Origin: Myxococcota bacterium
Lineage (GTDB): Bacteria > Myxococcota_A > SURF-8
DNA: 64,000 nucleotides
Assembly: GCA_963674735.2 (NCBI GenBank)
Contig: CAXXQS010000002.1
Location: 512,001-576,000 of the forward strand
Direction: 5' to 3'
Shown: positions 20,457-29,995 of the stretch, piece by piece
How positions within the stretch are numbered: the stretch's first letter is position 1
Layout of the letters: each line of letters starts with the position of its first letter
Notes under the pieces: model-generated
Database searches by the model: none
What the model saw: only the letters and a program-made list of their open reading frames with translations
What the model was told of the DNA's origin: nothing
Program-made: the position numbers and the translations under genes

Positions 20457-20573
20457 TGATTGAGTCTCGAATAATCTTCGATTGATGTTGGGTGGCACGG
20501 GCTAAACCGTCAGGTTTGCCCGTGAAAACAGCATGGGCAAGCCAAAGGCTTGGCCCATGGCACCCCGTAAGCC
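20457..20573. repeat. REP-doublet/MITE-like element, family B, copy 1 (117 bp)
   Basis: 115/117 identical to the reverse complement of 41934-42050. Contains two internal hairpins (CACGGGC..GCCCGTG and CATGGGC..GCCCATG) flanked by GGGTG..CACCC. Confidence 0.9.
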
Positions 20574-20725
20574 GAATTATAGTGGGTGGAAAACGATGAA
20601 AAGCTTAGAATTGAATCGCCCTATTCGTCGCATCCGCCACTGGCCCGTTTTCATCGTGTGTGGTACACTTCGCTCCAGCGGCGGCATGACGCCGCCTCAT
20701 CACCCAAGTGGCAGGAGATGAACGC

Positions 20726-21295
20726 ATGAAGCTGTGGCTGGAAGAAACTCCGCTGCGCGACTGCTTTTTGGTGAAACAGGAACGGTTTCACGACGAGCGC
20801 GGCTTTTTTATGGAAGTCTATCGCGAGGATCTATACCGCGAAGCGGGGCTACCTGCACGCTTCGTGCAGATGAACCACTCCAAGTCGGCGCGCGGCGTCG
20901 TGCGCGGGTTGCATTTTCAGTATGAGCCGCCCATGGCCAAGCTAATGCGCGTGATTCAAGGCACGGCCTATCTGGTGGCGGTGGACATCCGTCCGGGCTC
21001 CCCAACCTTGGGTCAACACGTGGGCTTTACGTTGAGCGCCGACGACGCCGCTCAGTTGTACGCCCCGCCGGGATTTGCACGCGGCTTCGCCGTGTTGTCC
21101 GAAACGGCCGAGATTCAGTATTTCTGCACCGGCATTTACAATCCAGCGGGAGAATCGGGTATTCTGTGGAACGATTCCGACATCGCCATCGACTGGCCCG
21201 TCGATGAGCCGCTCCTATCGGACAAGGACGCGCAGGCGCAGACCCTGTCCCAGTGGCTGGCGCGCCCGGAGGCGGAACGGTTCCGCTACGAATAA
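20726..21295 (+). CDS. rfbC: dTDP-4-dehydrorhamnose 3,5-epimerase
   Basis: DERGFFME, QMNHSKS, VVRGLHFQ, AVDIRPGS and PPGFARGF motifs. Confidence 0.93.
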   Translation: MKLWLEETPLRDCFLVKQERFHDERGFFMEVYREDLYREAGLPARFVQMNHSKSARGVVRGLHFQYEPPMAKLMRVIQGTAYLVAVDIRPGSPTLGQHVGFTLSADDAAQLYAPPGFARGFAVLSETAEIQYFCTGIYNPAGESGILWNDSDIAIDWPVDEPLLSDKDAQAQTLSQWLARPEAERFRYE

Positions 21296-21306
21296 GGAGA
21301 GACGTC

Positions 21307-22251
21307 ATGGCCCTGCCCTACGCTCAAACCGCGGTCATCATCCGCACGGTCGACCGGCCGCTGTTTCTCAAACGGGCGCTGGAAAGTCTTGCGGCCCAGC
21401 GGCACCGCGACTGGCTGGCGGTGGTGGTGAACGACGGCGGCGAGCCGGAAGCGGTGGAACGCACCGTCACCGAGGCGGGCGAGGCGCTGTCCGGGCACGT
21501 GCACCTGCTGCATATCGAAACCTCGAAGGGACGCAAGCATGCCGCCAACCGGGGTGTCGCCGCCTGCGACAGCCGTTTCGTCACCCTGCTGGACGACGAT
21601 GACAGCTGGGATCCGGCTTTTCTCGAACGCTGCGTAGGCTACCTCACGCGCTACGACGACGCACGCCTGGGCGGCGTCGCCACCCAGTCCATGCGCCTGC
21701 GCGAACGGCTGGAGGACGGCGTCCCGTTGATCGAAGCGCGCGAACCGGCCAACCCGGATCTGACGTCGCTGACCCTCGACCGTTTCTTCGACGAGAATCC
21801 CATCCAGGTCAACAGCTTCGTTTACAAGCGCAGCGCCTACGACGCCATCGGGCGTTACGATGAAACCATTCCGCTTTGCGGCGACTGGGATTTCAACCTG
21901 CGCTTCATCGCGCGTTTCGATATCCACGTCATTCCCGAACCCCTGGCCAATTACCATTTCCGCGTGGGGGCGAGCGGCGCGGCGGCCAACTCGGTGAGCG
22001 GGGACGGGCGCGCGTATTTCCTCAACATGCGCGCCGCCATCAAAAACAAATATATCCGCGCCCACCTGGAAAACGGCGGGCACTCCCTGGCCGACTACGT
22101 GGCCGCACACTTGCTGGTTCAAGGTGCCGTGAACGACAGCCCGGTGCTGCGCGATTTCGAAGACCGCGTGGTGTATCGGCTGCTGCTGTCCCTCAAAAAA
22201 CTGCCCGGCATGCAGTGGGCGCTCAAGGCTCGCCGGGCCTGGCGGAAATAA
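21307..22251 (+). CDS. Glycosyltransferase family 2
   Basis: VVVNDGG, ANRG, LLDDDD and DWDFNLR motifs. AGGAG RBS. Confidence 0.9.
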   Translation: MALPYAQTAVIIRTVDRPLFLKRALESLAAQRHRDWLAVVVNDGGEPEAVERTVTEAGEALSGHVHLLHIETSKGRKHAANRGVAACDSRFVTLLDDDDSWDPAFLERCVGYLTRYDDARLGGVATQSMRLRERLEDGVPLIEAREPANPDLTSLTLDRFFDENPIQVNSFVYKRSAYDAIGRYDETIPLCGDWDFNLRFIARFDIHVIPEPLANYHFRVGASGAAANSVSGDGRAYFLNMRAAIKNKYIRAHLENGGHSLADYVAAHLLVQGAVNDSPVLRDFEDRVVYRLLLSLKKLPGMQWALKARRAWRK

Positions 22252-22255
22252 ACCC

Positions 22256-23485
22256 GTGTCTCGTTCGCCATCTCCATCTTCGACCCGCCCCTTTCGCCTG
22301 CTGCAACTGCTGGGCTCGACCGGCATCGGCGGCATGGAGGAACATGCGCTGTCCGTGGCACGCGGCGCGCTTGAACGCGGTTGGTCGGTCGATGTCGCGT
22401 TTCCGGAACGCGACGCTACGGCCGAGTTGCGGGCCGCCTACCGCGCAGCCGGAACAACGGCGCATGCCTGCGAGCTGGCCGACCGCCCCGCGGCGGGACG
22501 TCCGGTCAAACTGCTGCGCTGGGGCGCTCAGGCGCGGGACATCCGGGGACTGCTCAAGCGTCTCAAGCCCGACGCGGTGCAACTCAACCTGCCATCGCCG
22601 ACACGTCTACCGGGAGTGCTGCTGGCCCTGGCCGCCTCAGGTCTGCCGACGGAAGTCGTTTTTCATCTCGTGACGCCCTTCATCACGCATCCCGCCTGGC
22701 GGCCGCTGTACCATTTGGCTTGTTCGCGTAAGCAACGCTGGGTGGCCGTCTCCGCCCACAACCGCCGCCTGCTGGCCGACGGCTTCGATGTCGATGTTCA
22801 TGATATTACCGTGATTCTGAACTCGGCGGCGGTCCCCGACGACGCGGTTTTGGAAGCGGCGCGGGAAACGCGCTCTGCCCTGTTGCACGCCTACAAACTC
22901 GATCCCGCGCGTCCGTTATGGCTGACGGCCGGGCGGCTGCATCCGCAGAAGGGTTACGATCTGCTGCTCGACGTGCTGCCGGAACTGGTGGCGACACAGC
23001 CGGCGCTGCAATGCCTGTGGCTGGGAGAAGGCCCCGAACGGGCGGCGCTGGTGGCGGGTCTGGCGGAACGCGAACTGACACAGACGGTGACCCTCCTCGA
23101 CCGGGTGCCGCACGCGGATCTTTTGGGATTGCTGCGCGCGGCGGATCTATTCGTGTTGCCGAGTCGCTACGAAGGCTCCCCGCTGGTGGTGGCCGAGGCG
23201 CTGGCCAACGGCGTGGCGGTCGTCGCAACCCGCGCCAGCGGTATTCCCGAACAGATCGAGCATGGCCGCGAAGGGTTGTTGTCAGAGGTGGACGACCGCG
23301 AAGGGTTGTTGGAAAACCTGCGGTTCACCCTCGCAGAACCCGAGGCCCTACAGAGCATGGGCCGGGCCGGACGCGCACGCATGCAAGCGTATCGTCTGGA
23401 GGATATGGTCACGCGACATCTGGATCTGCTGGCGGATGTGAAGGATATAGGGAGTGTTGCGGCCACAAAAAAACCCGCCGGTTAA
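22256..23485 (+). CDS. Glycosyltransferase family 4
   Basis: GGME, AGRLHPQKG and FVLPSRYEGSPLVVAEALA motifs. Confidence 0.9.
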   Translation: MSRSPSPSSTRPFRLLQLLGSTGIGGMEEHALSVARGALERGWSVDVAFPERDATAELRAAYRAAGTTAHACELADRPAAGRPVKLLRWGAQARDIRGLLKRLKPDAVQLNLPSPTRLPGVLLALAASGLPTEVVFHLVTPFITHPAWRPLYHLACSRKQRWVAVSAHNRRLLADGFDVDVHDITVILNSAAVPDDAVLEAARETRSALLHAYKLDPARPLWLTAGRLHPQKGYDLLLDVLPELVATQPALQCLWLGEGPERAALVAGLAERELTQTVTLLDRVPHADLLGLLRAADLFVLPSRYEGSPLVVAEALANGVAVVATRASGIPEQIEHGREGLLSEVDDREGLLENLRFTLAEPEALQSMGRAGRARMQAYRLEDMVTRHLDLLADVKDIGSVAATKKPAG

Positions 23486-23493
23486 GGCGGGTT
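23467..23493 (-). terminator. Terminator for tRNA-Phe, overlapping the GT4 stop codon
   Basis: Minus strand AACCCGCC-ttaacc-GGCGGGTT followed by a T run. Confidence 0.7.
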
Positions 23494-23501
23494 GGATCGG
23501 C

Positions 23502-23577
<76 letters not shown>

Positions 23578-23783
23578 GTCAGGGCCAGTCAAGCCGAGAT
23601 CACTGATTACGCCACCCGACCCCGATTGTCAAGAATTTTTCGGAAATTTCAATCCGATAGGCCGAAAATACGGCCTTTTTCCTCCCCGCGATTCGGGGTT
23701 TGCCCAGCAACGAAATTTGGGGTAGCATGAAAACCGACCATCTATATGGTCCAGTCAACCCATTTCGAAACGGAGCAGCGGCG

Positions 23784-24653
23784 ATGACGCAACCGGAACG
23801 GCAAACGAATCGACATGCTTTCAAAGCATCTTCACCAGCTTCCCGTTCCAAAGCCTGGCAACGCGTCTGTCGCGTTTGGGTCGCTTTGCTTTTATTGTTC
23901 GTGTTTACAGCCGGTTGCGAGCGTTGCCAGTCGTCGCCGGTTGTGTCGCCAACCGGCCAACTGGTGGTGGTAACGGACGAATCCCTGGCGCCGTCCTTGC
24001 GGGTTTTCAGCGATACCTTCAACCGGGTGGCGCTTGATCAAACCGTGACGGTCGTGGAAGCCGATCCGGCTAAACTGGCGGAAATCGAGGCCACACCCGG
24101 CGCGGCCGATATGCTGATTGTGGCCGGAGCGCGGCATGTCGGACGTTTGCTGAATGCCAAAAAGCTCAGCGGGACGGCCAACCCCTGGATCGCCACCCCG
24201 GTCGAACTGGTGGCGCGCGCCGATCAACCGCACCGGCTGCGGGTCCCCGCACATCTTCTGCAGCCGGTTTTCAAAGGACTGGGTCTGCCGGTCGAAAGCG
24301 ATCCGGTGGGGCGCAGCGCCCGAGCCGTTTTGCGTCAGTGGAATCTCGAAACGCGTCTGGCGGGCAAACTCGTCGATCGACCATCCGCCCGAGCGGCACG
24401 GGAATCCCTGGTGGCGGGCGAGGTGGATCTGGCCTTCATGACGCGACTCGAACGGTTGCAGGCACGCGGTTTGGAACCGCAGCTGGCCGATTCCCGGCGT
24501 CCCGAAACGCGCATCGTCTACTATCTGGTGATCCCGGCCGACGCGAAGAACCCGGCTGTGGCCCAGAGCTTTCGCCGCTACCTGGCGGGTTCCGATGTGG
24601 TGAGCATGGCCCTGAGCATGGGTTTCGAAAAGCCCCCGGCCCCATCGAATTAG
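23784..24653 (+). CDS. ModA-like ABC substrate-binding lipoprotein (divergent)
   Basis: Lipobox TAGC. ModA-like motifs (ADMLI, DPVGRSARAVL, GEVDLAF, IVYYLVI, MGF). Start position uncertain. Confidence 0.7.
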   Translation: MTQPERQTNRHAFKASSPASRSKAWQRVCRVWVALLLLFVFTAGCERCQSSPVVSPTGQLVVVTDESLAPSLRVFSDTFNRVALDQTVTVVEADPAKLAEIEATPGAADMLIVAGARHVGRLLNAKKLSGTANPWIATPVELVARADQPHRLRVPAHLLQPVFKGLGLPVESDPVGRSARAVLRQWNLETRLAGKLVDRPSARAARESLVAGEVDLAFMTRLERLQARGLEPQLADSRRPETRIVYYLVIPADAKNPAVAQSFRRYLAGSDVVSMALSMGFEKPPAPSN

Positions 24654-24848
24654 GGACAAGAAAACGGAACCGGGCGCCGTTCGTTTCCCGCTGAAAACGA
24701 CAACCAGCGCCCAGCGTCCCTCGAAAAGCGCCGATCAACAAATTCCGACTCAGGAGCCCGCCACGGGCTTTTTCCTTGTCTGTTTCCGGGCTAGTCCGTT
24801 ATACTCGGCAAGTTTGATCTCGCTGCACGCTAAGGAGAAACAGGTCTC

Positions 24849-27338
24849 GTGTCCACTAAGCATGTTGTTGTCGATAACCCCGGATCGTCCGGTTTTTTTC
24901 GTTTTCTAAAGCTGGCGCTGCTCGTCTTCGTCGTCTTGGCCCTCGTTTGCGGCCTGGCACTCGGAGTGTGGCTGCATTCGCTGGCCAAGGATCTGCCGCA
25001 TTTCGCCTCGGTGGAGGAGTATCACCCGGTTTTGGGATCGACGCTTTACGCCGATACCGGCGCACCGATTGCGGATTTCTCCATCGAAAAACGTCAGATC
25101 GTCCCCTTTGAGCGGATTCCACGCCTGCTGATTCTGGCTTTCGTGGCGGCGGAGGACGAAAATTTCTTCCAGCATTTCGGGGTCGATCCGCTGCACGTGT
25201 TACGCGCCGCCTGGAAAAACCTCAAGGCCGGTCACTTCAAGGAAGGGGCCTCCACCATTACCATGCAGCTAGCCCGCACCTTCTTCCTCTCCCGAGAGAA
25301 GAAGCTCACGCGCAAGCTGCGGGAAGTGATCCTGGCCATCACGGAACTGGAACGGAACCTGACCAAAGACGAGATTCTCTGGCTGTACCTCAACCAGATC
25401 TACCTCGGCCACGGCGCTTACGGCGTGCAGCAGGCCTCGAAAATCTACTACGGCAAAAATGTCTGGGATATCACGCTGCCCGAAATGGCGGTTCTGGCCG
25501 GACTGCCCAAGGCCCCCGGACGCGACTCGCCTTATGTCAATCCCGAAAAGGCCCGCGGACGCAAAGCCTACGTGCTGCGCCGTCTTTTCGAAGAGAAATA
25601 CATCAGCGCCGCCGAGCGGGACGCGGCCCTGGCCGAACCCATCGTGCTGCATCAGCCGCCCGATCTTTTTCTGGAAAGCGCGCCGCATTTTTCCGAACAC
25701 GTGCGCAAATACATTTACGACACCTACGGCGAGGACATGCTGTACAAGGGCGGCCTGCACGTAACCACCACCATGAACTTCACCTCCCAGGTGCTGGCTC
25801 AAGAGGCCGTAGCCTACGGGCTGCGACGTCTGACCAAGCGTCAGGGCTGGTTCGGTCCGGTGGCGCGGCTGCCGCGCGAGCAACGGGCGGAATTTCTGGC
25901 CAACACCGAAGCCCGCTACACCGACGCGCTGCCGCGTCGCAACCGGGTGTATTACGGCCTGGTCACCCGTGTGGACGATGCCAAGAAAATCACCCGTGTG
26001 CGGGTAGCGAATTGGGAAGCCGACATCCGGCTGGCGTCGATGAGCTGGGCGCGCAAGCCCAATATCGATGTCTTCTGGGAGTGGGTCAAGCTGAACCGTC
26101 CCTCCCAGGCGCTCAAGGTGGGCGATGTGGTGATGGTACGCCCCAGCGACCCCAAAAACGTGGAAGATGCCAAGGATTTTCGCAGCGATGCCCCCATCGA
26201 TCCCGAAAAGATGGTGTGGGAGCTGGAGCAGGAACCGCGCGCCCAGGCGGCCTTGATCGCCAAGGAACCCGACACCGGCTATACCGTGGCCATGGTGGGC
26301 GGCTACAACTTCGAACGCTCCGAGTTCAATCGCGCCATCCAGGCCTGCCGTCAACCCGGTTCCGCCTTCAAGCCGGTCGTGTACACCGCCGCCATCGACA
26401 AAGGGTGGACGGTCTCCTCACCGATCATCGATTCTCCCATCGTCGACGGCGAATGGAAGTGGAAGTGGAAACCGGAAAACTACGGCGAGGATTTCAAGGG
26501 CGAAGTGTCGCTGCGTTACGCTTTGCAGCATTCGCTCAACATCCCGGCCATCAAAACCATCGATCACTTCGGCGTCTCGACCATCATCGATTACGCGCGG
26601 CGCATGGGTGTCAAAAGCGCAATCGCAGAAGACCGCTCCATCTCGCTGGGCTCCGCCTGCATGACGCCCGAAGACCTGGTGGATGTGTATGCGCATTTCC
26701 CGCTGTTCGGCAAAAAGCCCAAGCGCGTATACGTGAAAACGATCATGACTTCCGAGGGCGAGCTGCTCGAAGACAACCGTGCCTATTTCGATCCCAGCCT
26801 GGATACGGCCGAGACGCTCTCGCGCCTGGAAGCCGCCGTGTTGGAAGACGAGCCGCAGATCATCCCGGCCACCACCGCGTTTATCCTCACCTGGCTGCTT
26901 GAACAGGTGGTGCAGGGCGGGACGGGTTCGGGCGCGCGCGCGCTGGGACGATCCTGCGCAGGCAAGACCGGCACCACCAACGATGCCTACGACGCCTGGT
27001 TTGCGGGCTACGTGCCGCAACTGGCCACGGTGGTGTGGATCGGTCACGACGACAATTCGCGGCCCTTGGGCCGTCTGGAAACCGGTGGCCGCGCGGCGCT
27101 ACCGATCTGGCTTGACTTCATGAAGCGGGCATTGGAAGATGTACCGGTTATGGAGTTCGAAGCGCCGGAAGGCATTCACTGGGTCCGCGTGGAAGAGAAG
27201 GACGGGCGGCGCGTCCCCTCCAGTGCGACCGGCGGTGTAAAGGCTCCGTTCAAAACCGGAACCAATCCGCCTGAATCGGCGGGTGGCGAAAGTGGCGTCA
27301 ATCCCGACGAATTTTTGAAAATGAGCGAGATTTACTGA
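24849..27338 (+). CDS. mrcA: Penicillin-binding protein 1A
   Basis: Transglycosylase motifs EDENFFQHFG, GASTITMQL and RKLRE; transpeptidase motifs SAFK, SLN and KTG. Confidence 0.95.
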   Translation: MSTKHVVVDNPGSSGFFRFLKLALLVFVVLALVCGLALGVWLHSLAKDLPHFASVEEYHPVLGSTLYADTGAPIADFSIEKRQIVPFERIPRLLILAFVAAEDENFFQHFGVDPLHVLRAAWKNLKAGHFKEGASTITMQLARTFFLSREKKLTRKLREVILAITELERNLTKDEILWLYLNQIYLGHGAYGVQQASKIYYGKNVWDITLPEMAVLAGLPKAPGRDSPYVNPEKARGRKAYVLRRLFEEKYISAAERDAALAEPIVLHQPPDLFLESAPHFSEHVRKYIYDTYGEDMLYKGGLHVTTTMNFTSQVLAQEAVAYGLRRLTKRQGWFGPVARLPREQRAEFLANTEARYTDALPRRNRVYYGLVTRVDDAKKITRVRVANWEADIRLASMSWARKPNIDVFWEWVKLNRPSQALKVGDVVMVRPSDPKNVEDAKDFRSDAPIDPEKMVWELEQEPRAQAALIAKEPDTGYTVAMVGGYNFERSEFNRAIQACRQPGSAFKPVVYTAAIDKGWTVSSPIIDSPIVDGEWKWKWKPENYGEDFKGEVSLRYALQHSLNIPAIKTIDHFGVSTIIDYARRMGVKSAIAEDRSISLGSACMTPEDLVDVYAHFPLFGKKPKRVYVKTIMTSEGELLEDNRAYFDPSLDTAETLSRLEAAVLEDEPQIIPATTAFILTWLLEQVVQGGTGSGARALGRSCAGKTGTTNDAYDAWFAGYVPQLATVVWIGHDDNSRPLGRLETGGRAALPIWLDFMKRALEDVPVMEFEAPEGIHWVRVEEKDGRRVPSSATGGVKAPFKTGTNPPESAGGESGVNPDEFLKMSEIY

Positions 27339-27350
27339 AAAGGCGACGGC

Positions 27351-27773
27351 ATGTTCGGCCTGGGTATGTGGGAAATCATGATCATTTTGGTTCTGGCGCT
27401 GATTTTCATCGGCCCGGCCAAACTGCCCGGTCTGGCCCGCACCATCGGTAAAGGGATGGGTGAATTTCGCCGGGCGGCCAACGACCTGCGCAGCACCGTC
27501 GATATCGATGAGGCGGTGGCCCGCGACATCACCCCCGATCCCGCCGCAGCGGACCCGGCCACCCCGGCCGCTCTACCCCCCACTTCGGAAAACGGCGCTC
27601 CGCCGCCGGTGACGCCCTCCGAGCCTTACGACGAAACCGCCCAAGCCCGCGACGCCCAGCCCGACGCGCCTGCATCCTCCGCCACGGAAGTCCCGAACGC
27701 GGCAACGACCCCCACTCCGGAAACGACAATCGCGGATGCAGCCCCCAAGGACTCCGGGAAGTCCGATGCCTGA
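27351..27773 (+). CDS. tatB: Twin-arginine translocase TatA/TatB subunit
   Basis: MFGLGMWE..LIFIGPAKLP..GEFRRA, with a long Pro/Ala tail. Directly upstream of tatC. Confidence 0.8.
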   Translation: MFGLGMWEIMIILVLALIFIGPAKLPGLARTIGKGMGEFRRAANDLRSTVDIDEAVARDITPDPAAADPATPAALPPTSENGAPPPVTPSEPYDETAQARDAQPDAPASSATEVPNAATTPTPETTIADAAPKDSGKSDA

Positions 27774-28593
27774 TTCCACGGCTCCCGCGCCGGAGGCCCC
27801 CGTCGATTCGTCCATGAGCGTTCAGGAACATCTGGAAGAGCTGCGTGTTCGCCTGGTGCGGGCCGTGCTAGCCTTGGCGGGCGGCTTTGTGGTCGGCTGG
27901 ATTTTTCGCCGGGATATTCTGTATGTTCTCAAGCGCCCCCTGCTGGAGGTGTTGCCGGAAGAGGCGCGCCACACCATTTTACTCAAGGTGATCGACAAAT
28001 TTTTCATCGATCTGAAAGTGGCCTTCATCGGCGGCTTGTTTTTGGCCACCCCCTTCATTTTGTACCAGATCTGGCGTTTCGTGGCTCCCGGCTTGTATCC
28101 CCACGAGAAGCGTCTGGCTTTTCCCCTGGTTGCCATCGGCGTTTTGTTTTTCTTCGGCGGCGTATCCTTTTGTTACTTTCTGATTCTGCCCTTCGCGTTT
28201 GCTTTTTTGGTGAGCTACAGCCAGAGCGGCGGGGATCTGTTACTGTTGCAAAATACGCTGCCGGATGCGGTGGCCGCCGCCGATCGCCTGACGGTGGCGC
28301 TACGCGAGCATATCGGCTTTACCGCCTCGATTTTATTTGCTTTCGGCCTGGCCTTCGAAACGCCGCTGGTGATGTTTTTTCTCGGCTGGACCGGCGTCGC
28401 CACACCCGACTGGTTTGCCCGCCAACGCAAGTTCGCCATCGTGGCGGTGTTCGTTTTCGGTGCGTTCCTCACCCCTCCCGATCCCTGGACCCAGGCGGCT
28501 CTGGCCATTCCGCTCTACCTATTATATGAGCTGGGGATCTGGGCCACTCGTCTCTTTCTCCTGTTCCGATCTCGTAAAGACCTACAATCCTAA
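27766..28593 (+). CDS. tatC: Twin-arginine translocase TatC
   Basis: HLEELRVRL, QIWRFVAPGLYPHEKR, FETP and LTPPDP motifs. Confidence 0.95.
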   Translation: MPDSTAPAPEAPVDSSMSVQEHLEELRVRLVRAVLALAGGFVVGWIFRRDILYVLKRPLLEVLPEEARHTILLKVIDKFFIDLKVAFIGGLFLATPFILYQIWRFVAPGLYPHEKRLAFPLVAIGVLFFFGGVSFCYFLILPFAFAFLVSYSQSGGDLLLLQNTLPDAVAAADRLTVALREHIGFTASILFAFGLAFETPLVMFFLGWTGVATPDWFARQRKFAIVAVFVFGAFLTPPDPWTQAALAIPLYLLYELGIWATRLFLLFRSRKDLQS

Positions 28594-28867
28594 TCGGAAT
28601 ACTACGATTAACTTCATTTTGCCCTTGACGAAATACAAGTTGCATGCTTAGTATTGAGATGGATGCTGAACTGGGAAACTTATAAATATAGAATTGCGTG
28701 AGGGGAGCGATTCGGACGTTTGGAGTCATTCAACGTTCCGGTGGCTTTTTTCGATGTAACGCATTGTAATTACTGTGTGTATTCTGCTTATAGACACAAC
28801 ATGGGTTTTTTTGTCTTGGGTTTCGTAATAAAAATGATTGTTTTTTGAAATAAATTGCAAATAAGTA

Positions 28868-28895
28868 TTGACATCTTTTTTGTGATCGTTATAAT
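28868..28895 (+). promoter_or_regulatory. Consensus sigma70 promoter upstream of the ECF sigma factor
   Basis: TTGACA-16 nt-TATAAT within an AT-rich intergenic region. Confidence 0.75.
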
Positions 28896-28965
28896 TAACA
28901 CAGAGTTTGTGATTGATAATAAATTTTCGAACCCACTCCCCTCGGGAGTATGAAAGGAACGCGCC

Positions 28966-29517
28966 ATGATGATGCCGGAAACCAGCAAAGCCAAGGCGAA
29001 AACCCATTTCGAAGAAATCGCGCTGCCCCACATGGGTTACATCTATAAAACGGCCTATCGCCTCACCGGAAACAAATCGGCGGCCGAAGATCTCACACAG
29101 GATGCGTTTTTCATCGCCATGCAGAAATTCGACCAGCTCAAGGATCAGGCGAAATGTCGCTCCTGGCTATTCGCCATCCTGCGCAACCTCTTTTTGGGCA
29201 CCATCGAGAAAACCAAGAATAAGTATTTCTTGGATTACGAAGATGTGGCCTACGGCTTGCCGGACCATTCGCATAAGGCCGGAGAATTATGGCGGGACGG
29301 TTTTTCCGACGATGTTCAGCACCAGCTCGATCGGCTGGACGAGAAATACAAGACCCCGCTGGTCATGTCGGTTCTGGGCGACTATTCCTATAAGGAAATC
29401 GCCGACTCGCTCGACATTCCCATCGGGACGGTGATGTCCCGCATCGCCCGCGGCAAGATTTTCCTGCGTCGTGAAATTCTGAAGAAAACAGACCGGGAAG
29501 AATTGATCAGCCGCTGA
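28966..29517 (+). CDS. ECF-family RNA polymerase sigma factor
   Basis: Region 2 (AEDLTQDAF..SWLFAILRN) and region 4 (SYKEIADSLDIPIGTVMSRIARG). Confidence 0.92.
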   Translation: MMMPETSKAKAKTHFEEIALPHMGYIYKTAYRLTGNKSAAEDLTQDAFFIAMQKFDQLKDQAKCRSWLFAILRNLFLGTIEKTKNKYFLDYEDVAYGLPDHSHKAGELWRDGFSDDVQHQLDRLDEKYKTPLVMSVLGDYSYKEIADSLDIPIGTVMSRIARGKIFLRREILKKTDREELISR

Positions 29518-29583
29518 ATCGCTTTTTCGCTACGCCGTAAGGCGTACGGGCCCAAAGCCCGACGTTCATCTCCTCCTCCTTGA

Positions 29584-29620
29584 CGCGCGGTATGTTTAGC
29601 CAGCATGCCGCGCGTTTTTT
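29584..29620 (+). terminator. Terminator after the ECF sigma gene
   Basis: ACGCGCGGTATG..CATGCCGCGCGT followed by a T run. Confidence 0.6.
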
Positions 29621-29679
29621 ATGCTCGCCGCCTACGTCTTTGGATAATCGTGGTTTTTTTTAAGGGGCAAAGACCCGCG

Positions 29680-29949
29680 CTACTCGTCGAGCCCGTGCCA
29701 GTCGCCGCGTGTGTAGCGGTAGGCTCGGCCTTCCTGCTCGTTGTACACCACCATTCCCTCCTGCGGATCGGTAAACACCCAACGGCGGCCGTCCCATTCG
29801 GCCACTCCGTTTTTATGCGCGGCCCAGGCTCCGCCGGGACGGTCGAGAATGCCGAAGCGCGCGCCGGTTTGCGGGTCGGGTGGCGGATGGTTGTAGTCGC
29901 AGATCACCGGCGGGTGAGTTTCGATCGCTTCGTCGCGTTGTTTCGGCAT
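29680..29949 (-). CDS. Stand-alone DUF2793-like small protein
   Basis: PP.P..G.R....P.GAWA.H...VAEWDG..WVF..P.EG pattern. GAGG RBS. Confidence 0.7.
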   Translation of the reverse strand: MPKQRDEAIETHPPVICDYNHPPPDPQTGARFGILDRPGGAWAAHKNGVAEWDGRRWVFTDPQEGMVVYNEQEGRAYRYTRGDWHGLDE

Positions 29950-29995
29950 AACGCAAACCTCGCGCGGTTAGGAAGTTGGCTGAAAACGAGACAGG

